DNA of 57,934 bases, counting the filler, from Dirinaria sp. TL-2023a (Eukaryota), in the NCBI GenBank assembly GCA_051941275.1. It is 2 parts of 2 records of this genome, joined end to end, with 100 filler letters (N's around TTAATTAATTAA, not from the genome) between each part and the next. Parts side by side here need not be neighbours in the genome. Positions count along the whole stretch, not along the records: positions 1 to 28,927 come from JAVEBF010000121.1; positions 29,028 to 57,934 come from JAVEBF010000122.1. The stretch is one strand, 5' to 3'. The notes under the pieces were generated by a model, which ran no database searches, was not told the DNA's origin, and saw only the letters and a list, made by a program, of their open reading frames with translations. This document shows positions 21,596 to 33,941 of the stretch, one piece after another. The position numbers were made by a program, and so were the translations under genes. Positions within the stretch are counted from its first letter, which is position 1, and each line of letters starts with the position of its first letter.

Positions 21596-24592
21596 ATGCT
21601 TTCGCGTGGGAACAGCAGCGCTGGAAATCGCTTGCGCAGAGCCAAATCAGCCTCCTCAGTCCAGAGCTACCGCCCTGCGGCGAAAGATGCTCCCTCCCAA
21701 GATCCAGAGCTTGCCTATAGACACGCTCTTACAGCAGCATCAGTAGCTTTTGAACATGCCAATGGGCGTGCAGTGAAAAGAAATGCAGCCGAGGTCGATG
21801 CTATGTCGACTCCGGAGAGTGGAGGGCTGCTGAAGCATCGACAAAGCATTCGTTTTACTGGGCCATCAGCCGTGTCCGTCAATCAACGCTCCATCATCCG
21901 ACGGTCAACGGTCGGTCGTGATGCCTCTAGTCGGAAGCTTCACTCCACCCAATCTCAAGGTTCGCTGCGAAACCCATCACTTCGTACTTCGGACAGCTTT
22001 ACCACAGCTTTAGGCGATCAAAATGACGATTATGTTGAGCGTAGCGTAGCTTCTGTACCTTCATCATACCGTAAACTTCGCAAGACTAAATCCATGGTCA
22101 ACACTTCTAGGAGCCCAGGTCGATCGCTAATGAATAGCTTCTCTAAACGTGCCGGTCAATCACAAAATCATTCACTGGGCTATTCACATCAGCGATCCGA
22201 CCATCATCGACGCGCCTCGACCGAATCGCGCCTTCGCAAATCATTCTCCTTCCTGCGCCCACCTAATCTGTCGCCGAGTCCCTCTGATGTACCTGTGGAT
22301 CAAGATAAGGCAGTCCAAATGGCCCGAGATCAGTTTGTGCGGCAGTTGGAACAACAACGCTTAAAGGAGAAGACATCCGTCCTGGATTTTGCACAGTCCC
22401 GTAAGACGGCAAAGCCGTTCAAGCGGACTGTCCGTACAAGTAGCACAAATAGCTATGGCAGTGCCATTGCTTCTCCGGCAGCTGAAGCTGGAGCAAAGGA
22501 TGTTTCCAAGGCCGCTGGGTTCGGTCGCAAGGCACGGAGTATCTCCAACTCACTGAAGAGCAAGCTCAAGCGAGCCTTTCAAAAACCTTCCGAGTCGGAA
22601 GACATACTTCCCAACCAACATCTCAATGCAAGCCGGGCCCACTTTGGCGAGTATGCTTCGACATTTAATGGGACACAGCAGCGCTACGACTACCTTATTC
22701 CTTCCCCTGATACCGATACTGTTCGACGCATTGACTCGCGAGGCCAAACATTCCGCGAAACTTCCGCATTCGTCGAAAAGAAATCACATCCTGCTAGTGT
22801 CCGAAGTGTGGAAAGTGATCAAAGTGTCGAGAATGACCCGTCACGGGCGTCCAGCTGGGGCAATTCGACGATTGCAAACTCCTTAGCTACTCTGCAGATG
22901 AGGGAGAACAAGCGTTTGTCCACCATCAACGAGCACGGCGCACCCTATCAGCCGTCTTCAGTTCGCTCATATGGCCATCTTGCCCGGAGATTTGCCGCTG
23001 ACGATTCGATCCGCGATTTCAGCGCAGGAAGTCTCTACACTCGTTTAAGGCATGAGATAGAAAAGAACGAGCGCCAGGCAAGGGATGAGGAAGGTGTTAC
23101 CGATCTCGAGCATCACAGAGCCAAGGACATAAAACACATCGCAGATCTTACGCCAAGGGACTCATCCTTGACTCCTCGAGGACAAGGCCTCAGGATGTCC
23201 AAGTCTGTCGTCTTTGACCCTGCAGCGACGAAAGGCAAACAACAGCCCAGCCATACCTACAATGAACATGAAAGGAAAGAAGGGTTCCGCGTGCGGTCCA
23301 GAGACGCGAATAGCGAGTCACCCGAGCGTACAGTCTCCAACGGCTCTCCGCCCAAGCGGCCACTTCGCGAAGTCAAGTCAACTTTCTTCCCACCGAATAC
23401 TCGAATCGACAGAAGTGTTACGAGCCCCTATAGACAGGCGATGCGCTCCAGCGCCGATGTCAGTCCAGATGTTGGCCATGATATCCGCACACCGAATGGA
23501 GCGAAGAAGCAAATCACGGACATACCTCAATCTGAGTACCTCGGAGTCAAGAACGCCACTGATTCTGACAGTATATACTCCCGAACAACCAGTGGTAATA
23601 CTCCTCGAGCAAGCGAGAGTCCGACCTCTGAAACTCAAAGCGATGGAGGCACAGCTATTGTCGCACTTAGACCTTTGAAGTACGATCACTCCTCCTCGCC
23701 ATCTCATAATAAGCATACCTCCTCAGCACAGTCCAGCGGAGATTGGAAGACGTGGCTTTCATCTGAAGTGGCACAGATAGAGACGCAGGGCAATTTGTCA
23801 CTTAGTGGCAGAAGCATGCTACCATCAAATGGTCCAGGTCACAAAAGAGAGAAAGCGCAAATCAATGATGACGACGTTGAGATCGGCAGGCTAAGTGAAA
23901 CGGATCGTACCCCAAATCAACCTATCGCAGAAGTACAATCCAATGCGCGATTGAGACCCATACTAACTCCCAAGGACAAGTCCGATTCCATAACCGCAAG
24001 AAACCCCCTAGAGGAAATCGGGACATCGTACGCGCCTGCCCAAGGGAAGCAGTCCTGGACAGTATCTCCTGGAGAAGTACCGCCGCGCAACTGGTCTAGA
24101 AACCAAGTACATCAAGGCGGCAACAGCCCCCAGTCTGTTCACACTTTGAAGTCTACTGGAGACCTTCGTTCAAAAGCTTCGCAAGCGTCATTGGACAATC
24201 CATTGAGCAACATGACAAACCACAAACGGCATGGCATGAGCCTTAGGCAGCAGTATTCGACATCGCAGGAGACAATTCGCACCCCAAGCCCTCGCAGTGC
24301 AGTCAAGACCAAGTCAGGCGAGAGCTCAGGGTCGCGATACAGCGCTGAGAGAGAGGCACGCTTGCGCCGGATGCAGAGCAGCAACTCTATGAATTCAAAG
24401 CAGCAGCAGGAAAACCGGCCATTCAGCAGCGGTGGCAGTAGCGAAAAGAAGCGGCCACCGCTTATAGGTTCGCGTTCTACTAGGTCGGTTAGCCCGAAGG
24501 AGGGAAGCCAGCTTATGATCGAGCAATTCCTTACACATCGTCGACGCGAAATGCGGATCAGCGAGGACAGTGGCGGAGATGCTTTCTTGTAA
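21596..24592 (+). CDS. 998-aa Ser/Arg-rich, largely disordered hypothetical protein
   Basis: Long intronless ORF with conserved-looking islands (LRRAKS, PSSYRKLRKTKSM, SIYSRTTSG, SSGDWKTWLSSEV, terminal AFL). No recognisable domain. Confidence 0.85.
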   Translation: MLSRGNSSAGNRLRRAKSASSVQSYRPAAKDAPSQDPELAYRHALTAASVAFEHANGRAVKRNAAEVDAMSTPESGGLLKHRQSIRFTGPSAVSVNQRSIIRRSTVGRDASSRKLHSTQSQGSLRNPSLRTSDSFTTALGDQNDDYVERSVASVPSSYRKLRKTKSMVNTSRSPGRSLMNSFSKRAGQSQNHSLGYSHQRSDHHRRASTESRLRKSFSFLRPPNLSPSPSDVPVDQDKAVQMARDQFVRQLEQQRLKEKTSVLDFAQSRKTAKPFKRTVRTSSTNSYGSAIASPAAEAGAKDVSKAAGFGRKARSISNSLKSKLKRAFQKPSESEDILPNQHLNASRAHFGEYASTFNGTQQRYDYLIPSPDTDTVRRIDSRGQTFRETSAFVEKKSHPASVRSVESDQSVENDPSRASSWGNSTIANSLATLQMRENKRLSTINEHGAPYQPSSVRSYGHLARRFAADDSIRDFSAGSLYTRLRHEIEKNERQARDEEGVTDLEHHRAKDIKHIADLTPRDSSLTPRGQGLRMSKSVVFDPAATKGKQQPSHTYNEHERKEGFRVRSRDANSESPERTVSNGSPPKRPLREVKSTFFPPNTRIDRSVTSPYRQAMRSSADVSPDVGHDIRTPNGAKKQITDIPQSEYLGVKNATDSDSIYSRTTSGNTPRASESPTSETQSDGGTAIVALRPLKYDHSSSPSHNKHTSSAQSSGDWKTWLSSEVAQIETQGNLSLSGRSMLPSNGPGHKREKAQINDDDVEIGRLSETDRTPNQPIAEVQSNARLRPILTPKDKSDSITARNPLEEIGTSYAPAQGKQSWTVSPGEVPPRNWSRNQVHQGGNSPQSVHTLKSTGDLRSKASQASLDNPLSNMTNHKRHGMSLRQQYSTSQETIRTPSPRSAVKTKSGESSGSRYSAEREARLRRMQSSNSMNSKQQQENRPFSSGGSSEKKRPPLIGSRSTRSVSPKEGSQLMIEQFLTHRRREMRISEDSGGDAFL

Positions 24593-25066
24593 AGGATTGT
24601 CCAGGTGCTTTGGCAGTTAGTGCACGAGTAGCTTTGTCTTGGAGGGCTTTGGAGGAATGCTTAAGAGATCAGGATAAGGTAGTTCTACGCGGCATAGATA
24701 ACTTTCTGTCTTTCGACTCACGTACCGAAAACAGAGACACTAAAAGGGCAGGTAGAGCATGTATCAAGTGTATTGTTTAGACAAAGCTACCTCAATTCTC
24801 TTACGCATGTAAGACAAGGATGCTAGAAACTGGTGCACTATTGGATTGAAGCAACAAATAATATACCGCATATTGCATAAGAAGTATAGAATGTAAGATG
24901 ATCGATCATCTTAAAGTACTGTTTCTGAACGGTTAGATTTTTTCCCAGGTCTCATTCAGGGTTGTTTTTCCTAGACGATTATCAGAGCTTACCTTACCTA
25001 CCTTACCTTACCACCGTCGTCAATCACCAATCGAGGCACACCCAGGTCTCTCGAGGGTCCTCAATA

Positions 25067-28000
25067 ATGCGCCTGTTCTTTGGTTTTTTCCGTCTCCTTG
25101 TCGTATCATTCCTCCCCTATGTATGTCGCGCCATCTTCGCCGATGAATCCTACCAAATAGACTACCATCACGCGCTGCTCGGCCCTCCTCAAGCACACAC
25201 CACATTTTTCCATCGCCCTTCTGTTACCTCCAAAGCTTCTCTTCTCTACACTCTGTCAGAAAAAAGCGTCGTCGCCGCTATCAACCCGAAAGACGGAGGC
25301 ATTGTCTGGAGACAATGGCTTGGTGAGGCCCAGAATACTACAGGACATGCGAATTTGGAGCCAGGCACAGGGTATCTCACATCTGCCGAAGGCACCGTGA
25401 TTAGTGCGTCTAGAGGAACTGTCCACGCGTGGGATGCGGTGCAGGGAAGATTAAGATGGGAGTGGAGTGGGCGAGGTATAGTAAAAGGCTTAGAGGCGCT
25501 GGAGGAGGGTAATGGCGTTGTTGGGTGTTGGCAAGATGAGGGCCGGAGTGTTCTCAGAAAGCTGGATATAAGAGGAGACGTGGTTTGGGAGCATGCTGAT
25601 GAAAGTGGAGATAAGCCATACGGAGTCTCCTCCTCAGGAAAGCAGGTCTACGGGATCTTCCTCCATTCGGCCCTGTTGAAAGGATTCAAAATAAAAGTGA
25701 TTGCTTTGGACGGCGCGACTGGCAAAGAAGAGAGTCATTATACTCTAAGCTCCGAAAGCGAAGTTACTTCTGAGGATTCCATTTTGTTTTTGGGCGCACA
25801 CTCTTCCTCGCCGCTTCTGGTCTGGACAGACAAGGCTTTCAAGACTCTCAAACTCAACATACTGGGAACAAAGCATATTACCAGCATTAATCTTCCTCAA
25901 AACCCTAAGGCGAATGTTGAAAAATTACGCATTCATGCGCCAAAAACGGCTGGTGCGCATGCACACTTCTTGCTGCACTACCAAGCTGCGTCAATGCACT
26001 GGGCAGAGGTTTACGACGTCGACATTTTGTCAGGTGCTACCACTAAAGCCTACGACCTGGCACCAGTCCCTGAAGCGGGCACCTTTTCGTCTAGCGTGGA
26101 AGCTGGGAGTGTTTATTTCACAAGACATACCAGCTCAAAGGTCACACTCTTAGCTTCGACATCCAACGACATATTACAAAGCTGGCCCGTTTCCCCTCAA
26201 ACCCACGGAAGTCTCGCGGATACCAAGGGCATTGCTCATGTAGTATCGGAAATTGTATCCAAAGGACCTTCAAACTTCGCAGTCCGCTCAGCGCTTACTT
26301 TACCTTCAGGAGACTGGGAGCTTGTTCAGAACGGTAATCGAGCCTGGACTAGGCCTGAGTCCATTGCTGGAGTGGTCAATGCTGCTTGGGCTGAGATCCC
26401 TGCGCAAGAAAGCCTTGCAGAGGAACTTGCGGCCGAAGGCCACAGCAGCGTGCTCGAGGCTTACCTGCATAGATTGAAGCGTCATGCTCGAGATATTACG
26501 CAGTACCTACCTTCCTGGGTGGAAGCTCTGCCTGATCGTGTTATGCGCTCAATTTCTGGACATCTGCCACCTTCAAAGGAGCCGCGCCTGTATAGAGACA
26601 CATTTGGCTTCAACAAGATTATCTTGCTCGCAACCGAACGAGGCAGGCTTATTGCCCTCGATACTGGAAACCAAGGAAGAGCGATATGGAATATTGAGGC
26701 TACCAAATTGAATCAGGATCAGCATTGGCAAGTGTTGGCTATCGAAGTCGAAGATGGCATTGTTATTGTGCGTGGAGCCGCCGGAGACGTCCTACATGTG
26801 AAAATCCTTAGTGGAGAGATCCTTCAGCAGTCTGACCCGGGAGGCGTAAGCTCATCCTTGCAGACATTTGCATCTGTAACGGAAGTTTCTGGAAGCAGGA
26901 AACTAATACCCATTAACAAAGATGGATCTATTGGGAAGTTCTCTAAAGGTAGCTTCGCAGTCGGGACGGTCATTGCCACGAAAGGTGAAGATGGAATTGT
27001 TCGAGGCTGGGATTTCGGCCACGACACGGCGCCATCTGTAGCCTGGACCTTTGTCCCTGCTGCTGGCGAGGAGATTTCAAGTATCGTAAGTCGGCCTGTT
27101 CAAGATCCAGTCGCTTCCATCGGTAAAGCTCTTGGGGACCGCAACGTCCTCTACAAATACTTGAACCCAAATCTCTTGCTCGTAGCCACTACTACCAAAG
27201 AAGCCGCCCTTGCTTCAATCTATCTGATCGACTCGGTTTCTGGCGAGATCCTCTACACCACGAGTCATTCCGAAGTTGACACATCCCACCCTATCGTAGC
27301 AACGGTGGCCGAGAACTTCTTCGCCTACACCCTCAAACACGATCCATCGACAGACCTAGACGCCGCCAAAACCCCTTCCTCCCCTAAGGGCTACCAGCTG
27401 ATCATAACCGAACTCTTTGAATCATCGATTCCCAACGACCGTGGACCCCTCGGCTCATCTAAGAATTTTTCATCCATATACCCTACTAGATCCGTCACAT
27501 CTCCGCCACACGTCATTTCTCAAGCCTATCTCCTTCTCGGACCCGTCTCTGCGCTGGCCACCACTTCTACGCTCCAATCCATCACGCCTCGCTCCCTCCT
27601 CGCCCTGCTACCCATCACCAACGCTATCATCTCACTCCCTCGCTCTATTGTCGATCCCCGTCGGCCCGTTGACCGAGATCCTACACCGGCGGAAACCGAG
27701 GAAGGGCTCTTCCGACATCAATCCATCATTGACTTCGAGCCCAAATGGGTGCTGAACCACAAGCGGGATGTGCTGGGGCTGAGGAATGTCATTACCACAC
27801 CCACTGCGCTGGAGAGCACAAGCGCGGTCTTTGCGTGGGGAGCGTTGGATGTTTTTGGTACGAGAGTCAGCCCGATTGGTGGCTTCGACAGTCTCGGTAG
27901 AGGATTCAGTAGGGGCCAATTGGTGCTTACGGTGTTGGGATTGGCCGTAGGGACGGGGTTTGTCGGTCCTATGGTAAGTTTATTCTCTATGCGGCAGTGT

Positions 28001-28073
28001 ACCGTTATGCAGACATTCATTGATGAATTCGTAGGTACGGAAGAAGCAGATCGATACGCTGTGGAAATCTTGA
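25067..28073 (+). CDS. EMC1: ER membrane protein complex subunit 1; terminal intron 27974-28034
   Basis: Signal peptide then AIFADE..IDYHHALLG, PQQ-like propeller, DPVASIGKALGDRNVLYKYLNPN, DPRRP, LESTS, C-terminal TM. Splicing gives VRKKQIDTLWKS*. Confidence 0.93.
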
Positions 28074-28927
28074 GCTGGTGATGTCTTCCCGGCAAATGGC
28101 ACCACTGTACGTACTGTTTATAAAAGCCGGCGCTCCGCAGGATTTTCCAGGGGGCTCGATCTCCAGATAGCGGGTCTTGTCTGGCCCTTATATTATGTGT
28201 TTATCGTCCTTTCCACACCAAAAAATTTGGTCAACGATATCTACTATCAAGCCCGGCGAGTGCTCGTGGTAGCTCTCCTCATTGACGAATCAGGTGACTT
28301 CGGGCCACGCAATCCACTAGCGCTTAGCACTCGGATTTTGGCCTCCAACATACGCCTTCTTCCGACCTTCATGGTGATTTGCATGATTGCCTTCTTATCT
28401 CTCTAAGCGTTTTTTGAGTTCCTAGAACTCTAGACCGATGTTTATTCCATAAAGCTTTGCTAGCTAGTGCTAGGCTAGCTACGTCCTTTTCTAGTTTCAA
28501 ATCATGCCCAGCAGTGGCGGTATCGCAGTCGCAAAAGAAACACCTTCCAACGTGGGAGCGATTCGTCAGAAGTCGGAAGGAGGATTATGGAGGCTCGTGT
28601 GCGAGCCGAGAATCCACGCAATGCGCATGGTAGTGCTGCTGCGGACGGAATTATTGGCCGGCAATCGCGAAAGATCGGCTGTCGCAAAACGATGACCACG
28701 GCACGGTACGAGCTGCTTACTTCTTTCGGAGTATTGTTAAGCTTCGCTTTCATGATTTCAACGGCTTACATTCGACATCTCAGAAATATGTTCCTCTTCT
28801 TGCTGAATCCCGTAAGCTAAACCACACCTTTTCGAAAGTTATCGATTCCACATAGAAAAAAGAAAACAAAACAAAAATGCTACCATCACCACTTTACCTC
28901 CTCCTCCAGCTCCTATTCGCGCTCTCC

Positions 28928-29027
28928 NNNNNNNNNNNNNNNNNNNNNNNNNNNNNNNNNNNNNNNNNNNNTTAATTAATTAANNNNNNNNNNNNNNNNN
29001 NNNNNNNNNNNNNNNNNNNNNNNNNNN
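28928..29027. other. Assembly gap: 44 N + TTAATTAATTAA linker + 44 N
   Basis: The 12-mer at 28972-28983 gives stops in all six frames, typical of an artificial contig spacer. Confidence 0.95.
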
Positions 29028-29032
29028 CCTAT

Positions 29033-30698
29033 CTACTCGCTGCCTTCATCCGATGCCTCCCCTCCCTTCTTTAATTTCCGCTTCTCCTTTTTCTCCTTCT
29101 TCTTGCGTTTCCGATCCGCGCGCTCTTCCGGGGTCTCCGCCTCGTGCCGTTTCCGCTTCTTCTGCTGCTGCTTTTCGCCGTCCTCCGTGTTTGGTGGGGC
29201 TGCTTCTGCGCCGGCCACTGCTGCCGCTGGCTCTTGCGGGGGCGCTTCTGCTTTGGGTTCGGGCTCGGGCTGAGGGATCGGTGCTTCGATTTTTTTGTTG
29301 GTGGTGGTACCATTCGCTGCTGCTGCTGGAGCGCTAAAGTCTTTGTACTCTTCTTGCCACTTGGCCGGGGTTGCTTCGTTCGGACGACCGTATTTCTATA
29401 GAGCTTGATCAGCAACATGGAAGCCTTCATTTGTATGTAGCGTTATGGACGGCTCACATCGAGTTTGCCGTCAGACTTCATTTTCTTTTTCTCCACAGCC
29501 ACGGGGCCCAAGCCCCAGCGGCGAGGGTATAGATCTCGCTCCATGATGCATCGCTTCACTTTCGCGACGACTCCGTGATCGCATGTCGACATCTCCACGG
29601 TCGACATCTGGGCGATGCCCAGCGCGATTGCTTCGCCTTTGGTGGTCATCAGCACGACCTCTTCGCCCATTTCAATTCCGGCCTCTGTCTCAAAGTTAGC
29701 TGGGCGTTGGTCGCCTTACTGAATCGCCATGCTTACCGAAACGCAGTAACCCAGGAAGCATCAGCTTCGCACCGTAGCAGACAGCATTGACCGCACTGTC
29801 TTTGACAACCAAACGCTTGTACGTCGTGAGAAGGCTCTCCAACGGACTTATGACCTTGCGCAAGTACGACTCGTCGCGGGTGTTATCCAGCATCCATTGA
29901 GCATCGAGAACATCGTGCAGGGTCACCATGCCGTCTTGCTCGTCCATTGCTCCACTCCTGACTCTCCTAAGCTCTTGCATGTGCGCTCCCACCCCTAACA
30001 AGAGCCCCAGGTGTACACATAACGTCCGGATATACGTGCCTGCTTCGCAACTGACCCAAAACACACCCAAGTGCCTATCGTTGTCGAATTCCAATAGTTT
30101 ACTTTCGTGGATTGTCCGTATCCGCAGCTGTCGCTTGACGGCAGAAATGAGTGGCGGACGCTGGAACAACGCGCCAGTCAGTGTTTCCAGAGCCCGCGCG
30201 AGCTGTGCTTCACCGCCCGGCAGCTTGTCGTGGAGCCGGAGCACGCAGACGTATTCCTTCCCAGCACCCTGCTGGGACTTGACGAGACGGGTGGCACGGT
30301 CGAGACAGACGATCAGGCACCCAGTAACCTTGGGATCGAGGGTTCCGCTGTGGCCGGTCTTTTCTATCCTGTACATTTTGTCAGTAATTGAACCATCGGG
30401 GGGGACCTCCCAAGGTGGATTCTCGGCACCGGAGCATGCGCTTCACCCAAGCTACTACTTCATGGCTGGATGGGTTGGAGGGTTTATCGAGATTGATGAC
30501 GCCAGAGCTGATGAAGGATTTGAGATCGCGTTTGAGAGGAGTACATCCTACGGGGATTGGGGTGAAATGACCGGTACGGACGAGGAGCTTGTTGTAGTTC
30601 TTGAGGAGCAGTGGCCATGTGCTTGTGTCGATGGCAGGGGTGGTGTTTTCTGGTTTGATGGTGTAATCTTGTTCAACGGTTGCGACTTCCATTGCCAT
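29033..30698 (-). CDS. CBF5: H/ACA snoRNP pseudouridine synthase Cbf5/dyskerin; 4 exons (first intron 30369-30429)
   Basis: [41 protein letters not shown] domain, [11 protein letters not shown], Lys-rich C-terminal tail. Confidence 0.96.
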
Positions 30699-31068
30699 TC
30701 TGGCGCTACTGCCAGCTACGGAAGGCAGCGGTAAAGGAGAGCTGTTGCCTTTTGAGACAGGAATATGAAATTTTGGGGGAGCTCTTCTTTTCTCGCTTCT
30801 CTCCGCAATTTTTGGTGCGGGAAGCTGAGATAGCGCTAGGCCACTTTGACTCTAGAACGACTGGGTGATCTAAGGTACCTACCTACCTTATGACCTTGTA
30901 CTGTTTTCCAATCAACATTATTGAACGACAACTATTGCTATTTGGTCACTGCAATTATAGCTTACAGTATGCATCTAGGCACAAGTATGAACACCGAGCA
31001 AGTTGGCTTGTGATCGGTGTTTGAGTTGCGGACTCCCCAAAGAAAAATTCTAAGCACCACAAAGTCTG

Positions 31069-31072
<4 letters not shown>

Positions 31073-31100
<28 letters not shown>
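31073..31100. repeat. Poly(T)28 tract
   Basis: 28 consecutive T between the chitin deacetylase 3' end and the CBF5 promoter. Confidence 0.95.
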
Positions 31101-31324
31101 GTTGATACATGTAGGCAACGAGATGCTTGTGTATGCAGCACAAGTTTTTGCTTTTTATTTTTGATGTGGTTAGCGAACACAAGGTACTCAGGCAAAGAGT
31201 GGCCTAGCTTTCGATTATGCTACACACAAAGTACCACTCTTATTCTTCATTAATCATTAATCTGCAGTCCTCTGCAAGTATCTCCAACTGCCAAAAACCT
31301 CTATCTCCTCATCGATACGATTCC

Positions 31325-33139
31325 TCAATGTCGCTCCCCGTTCCCTTTATCAAAAGCCGCACTCGAGCATGTGAAGCCACAGTGCGAGCAGTAAACATTC
31401 AAGTTCGTGCAGTCCGTCTTATACTTATTACAAGCCGCCTTGTTGTTTGTGCCCGCTTGGCTAATGCAGTTGGCAGACTGTTGGTAGCAGTTGGCTGCAC
31501 TCTGCTGACAGCCCTTTTTGTCCCCAAACGCTTCGATTGTTCCGCAAAACTTGCCCGCCTTGACGACACAGGTGGGCGCTGCCGGCGGCACGACTACGGA
31601 TGTTGAGGTTTTGGATGTGGTCTTCGAAACAGGTATGGGTTTGGGCGTGGAAGTCGGCTTCACTGTCGGGGCTGGCGTGGGTTTCTTCGTGGTGACTGCC
31701 TTACCGGCTGGTGTGCGGTACCAGTTGGTTTCTGGATCATTCAGACATTCGCCGGCTGTGACTCCCTTCCAGCCTTTGGCCTTGATCAAGCCATAGTAGT
31801 AGCTCGTCAGGTTGGTGACGGATTGCTGCACGATATCATGCTGGATCGAAAGGTAATCTGTAGCTCCCGGGGTTCCCAATATGTTTTTCACTATGTCTTT
31901 CGAAGCCTGAATCTGGGTCGGCAGCGGGTTTAAGTAATCTTGAGTATCGAGATCGAAGTAGGTTCGATGATATCCAAGTGCTTTCATGTCTGCTTGACAT
32001 CCAGACGGCGCGTCACACTGGGAGTATGGTGGACGCATGTACGTTGGGTATTTCCCGATGATGTTCACAAAAGCCATTTCATTCTTGACCATTTGCTGCT
32101 TTCGCATGTCCGATGTGATGTTTGACAGGCTGTAATGAGACCAAGTGTGAGATGCAACCTGATGTCCCTCAGCAATCATACGTTTGATTACTGCTGGATA
32201 GGGGTCTGTGGTATCGATGGGGCCTTTTCCAAGGTTGTTGCCGGTAATGAAGAACGTGGCATGAAAGCCAAATTGCTTCAAGACGTCTAACAGCTCGTTT
32301 GTATAAAGGTACGGTCCATCGTCGTAGGTCAGTGCTACGACATTGTTTTCTACGCAGTCATAGAGATCATTGTCGTATGAGACTTTCCCAATCAGAGGTC
32401 GAGGATCATTCAATGTACTTGCCCCGGCAGGGGTGTGGTCAGAATCGCAGGTACCAAACTGATACTGGCAACTGGGATCCTGGCAATAATCCTCTGTGGT
32501 ACCACAGTAGCCGGCAGGCGAGCAGCATTGCCCACTGGGACATTTCTTATTTCCGAAAGCAGGCCCACAGGTTCCATCGTTGCCACCAGATCCGGCATTT
32601 GACGTGCAAGAGCCGAAAGCTGATTGACAGCCGTCTGTGCAATAGGCGGTGGTATTACCACAGTATCTGTAATGATCAGCGTTGATGCGATGGCGGTGGC
32701 GGCATCCCTACCCGGCAGCAGAGCAACAAAGCCCAGATAAGCAGATGTTATTACCATTCGCAGGACCGCACAAGTTGGGATCCGTAGGAGCCGACTCGGA
32801 ACCAGAGCAAGTACCGAACGCGACTTGACACCCCGATCCGCAGTACGCATCTGACGTACCTTTGATGTCAAAGTCAGCGATACCAGTTCTCGAATTGAAT
32901 CTGAATTGGCAGTAAATACCGCAGTAACCAGATGACGAACAACATCCCCCACCCTGAGCAAGTTTAGGGTCGCAGGTGTAGTTCTTGCCGTTCCCCGCCG
33001 CTACATTACCACAGGTATTATCAGGTGTCAGAACCCTCTTACTAAGGCCATTGAGAAGACCGGTGTCCTCGGCTGGCAGAGCGTAGCATATGCCTGCAGC
33101 AACAATGGCCGTGGCAGCCTGAAGGAAGCTCAATTGCAT
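31325..33139 (-). CDS. Secreted chitin deacetylase: 3x CBM18 (hevein-like) + CE4/NodB domain + P/T linker + Cys-rich C-terminal domain; introns 32860-32919 and 32667-32711
   Basis: Signal peptide; three CCSxxGYCG repeats; CE4 motifs TYDDGP, HTWSH, RPPY, DTQDY, LSIQHD. Confidence 0.9.
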
Positions 33140-33734
33140 AATCGAATGAAACAATTAAAGGATATCAAAGGCCTCGAACGGAAAATACCTTAGCCAGACA
33201 AAATACAGATACCAGAAGGCAACGATGTGTAACGAATGTGTTGTAGCGAATGTATTCCGATATTGAAGAACACTTGAGCAAGGAAGAGAGCACAGCAAGA
33301 ACGAGTGGAATGACTTCACCAAGTCAAATAATGGGACTGAAGGACATGATAATGAAGAGAAAAGCTACTTTCAAGAGCGGACTGCAAGAGGAAATACGAA
33401 GAGGATCATTATTATTCACGCGGTGAGGTCTATTTCCAGACGGCCAATCCGTGGGCAGATAGATTTTAGCAGTACCAGGGGGCGGCGCGAAGCCAAGGAG
33501 GTTCGATGCCGTAAGGTAGTTCCGGCATCACTTGGGTGTTTGATACTGCACTAGACCCGGTCCCTGAAGATCTCCTCGTGTACGGAGCAATTGAACCCTA
33601 CCTGTTGGGCCAGATGGCCCAGATGGTTGAAGAAACCGAAGCGAGAAGCGCACTACAGTACACCACGACATGGGTCTTGGTGCAAGGCTGTGGAGCGGCA
33701 AACAAGGAGCAATGATGTTTGATTAAACAGATTT

Positions 33735-33941
33735 GCTGTTCCAGAGTGACTGTTCCAGAGTGACTCGAGTGAGTCCAGATCAGGGAGGTTCAAACCGGCG
33801 AAACGTAATAGCGTAACGGTGAAGAGCAAAATCTGCCTGCTTAGGCTTGGTATGTAGGAACTGGCAGTCTGGCAGTAATATGATAAGGGGTTGAAGATGT
33901 AAGGGGATTATCAGGGGCCGAGGGGGCCGAGGGGGCCGAGG
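33735..33941. repeat. Short tandem repeats: (CTGTTCCAGAGTGA)x2 near 33737-33764 and (GGGGCCGAG)x3 near 33914-33940
   Basis: Directly visible in the intergenic region upstream of the chitin deacetylase. Confidence 0.8.

Noticed and set aside
24962..25066. ORF-track N-terminal extension of EMC1
   Set aside because: Non-ATG start running through the TACCT array; the signal peptide begins at ATG 25067.
28100..28900. Short ORFs and GTAAGC donor-like sites between EMC1 and the gap
   Set aside because: No consistent spliced product or recognisable protein or RNA could be built.
28972..28983. TTAATTAATTAA as a biological palindrome
   Set aside because: Centred in an N gap; assembly linker.
29928..30734. 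268-aa plus-strand ORF and similar antisense ORFs over ANK, RRP3, SSF1, EMC1, TIF6, RAD23 and the ABC gene
   Set aside because: Shadow ORFs from the codon bias of conserved genes on the opposite strand.
33770..33810. GGTTCAAACC as a tRNA T-loop
   Set aside because: No T stem or cloverleaf can be formed; no tRNA, rRNA or snRNA was recognised anywhere in the window.
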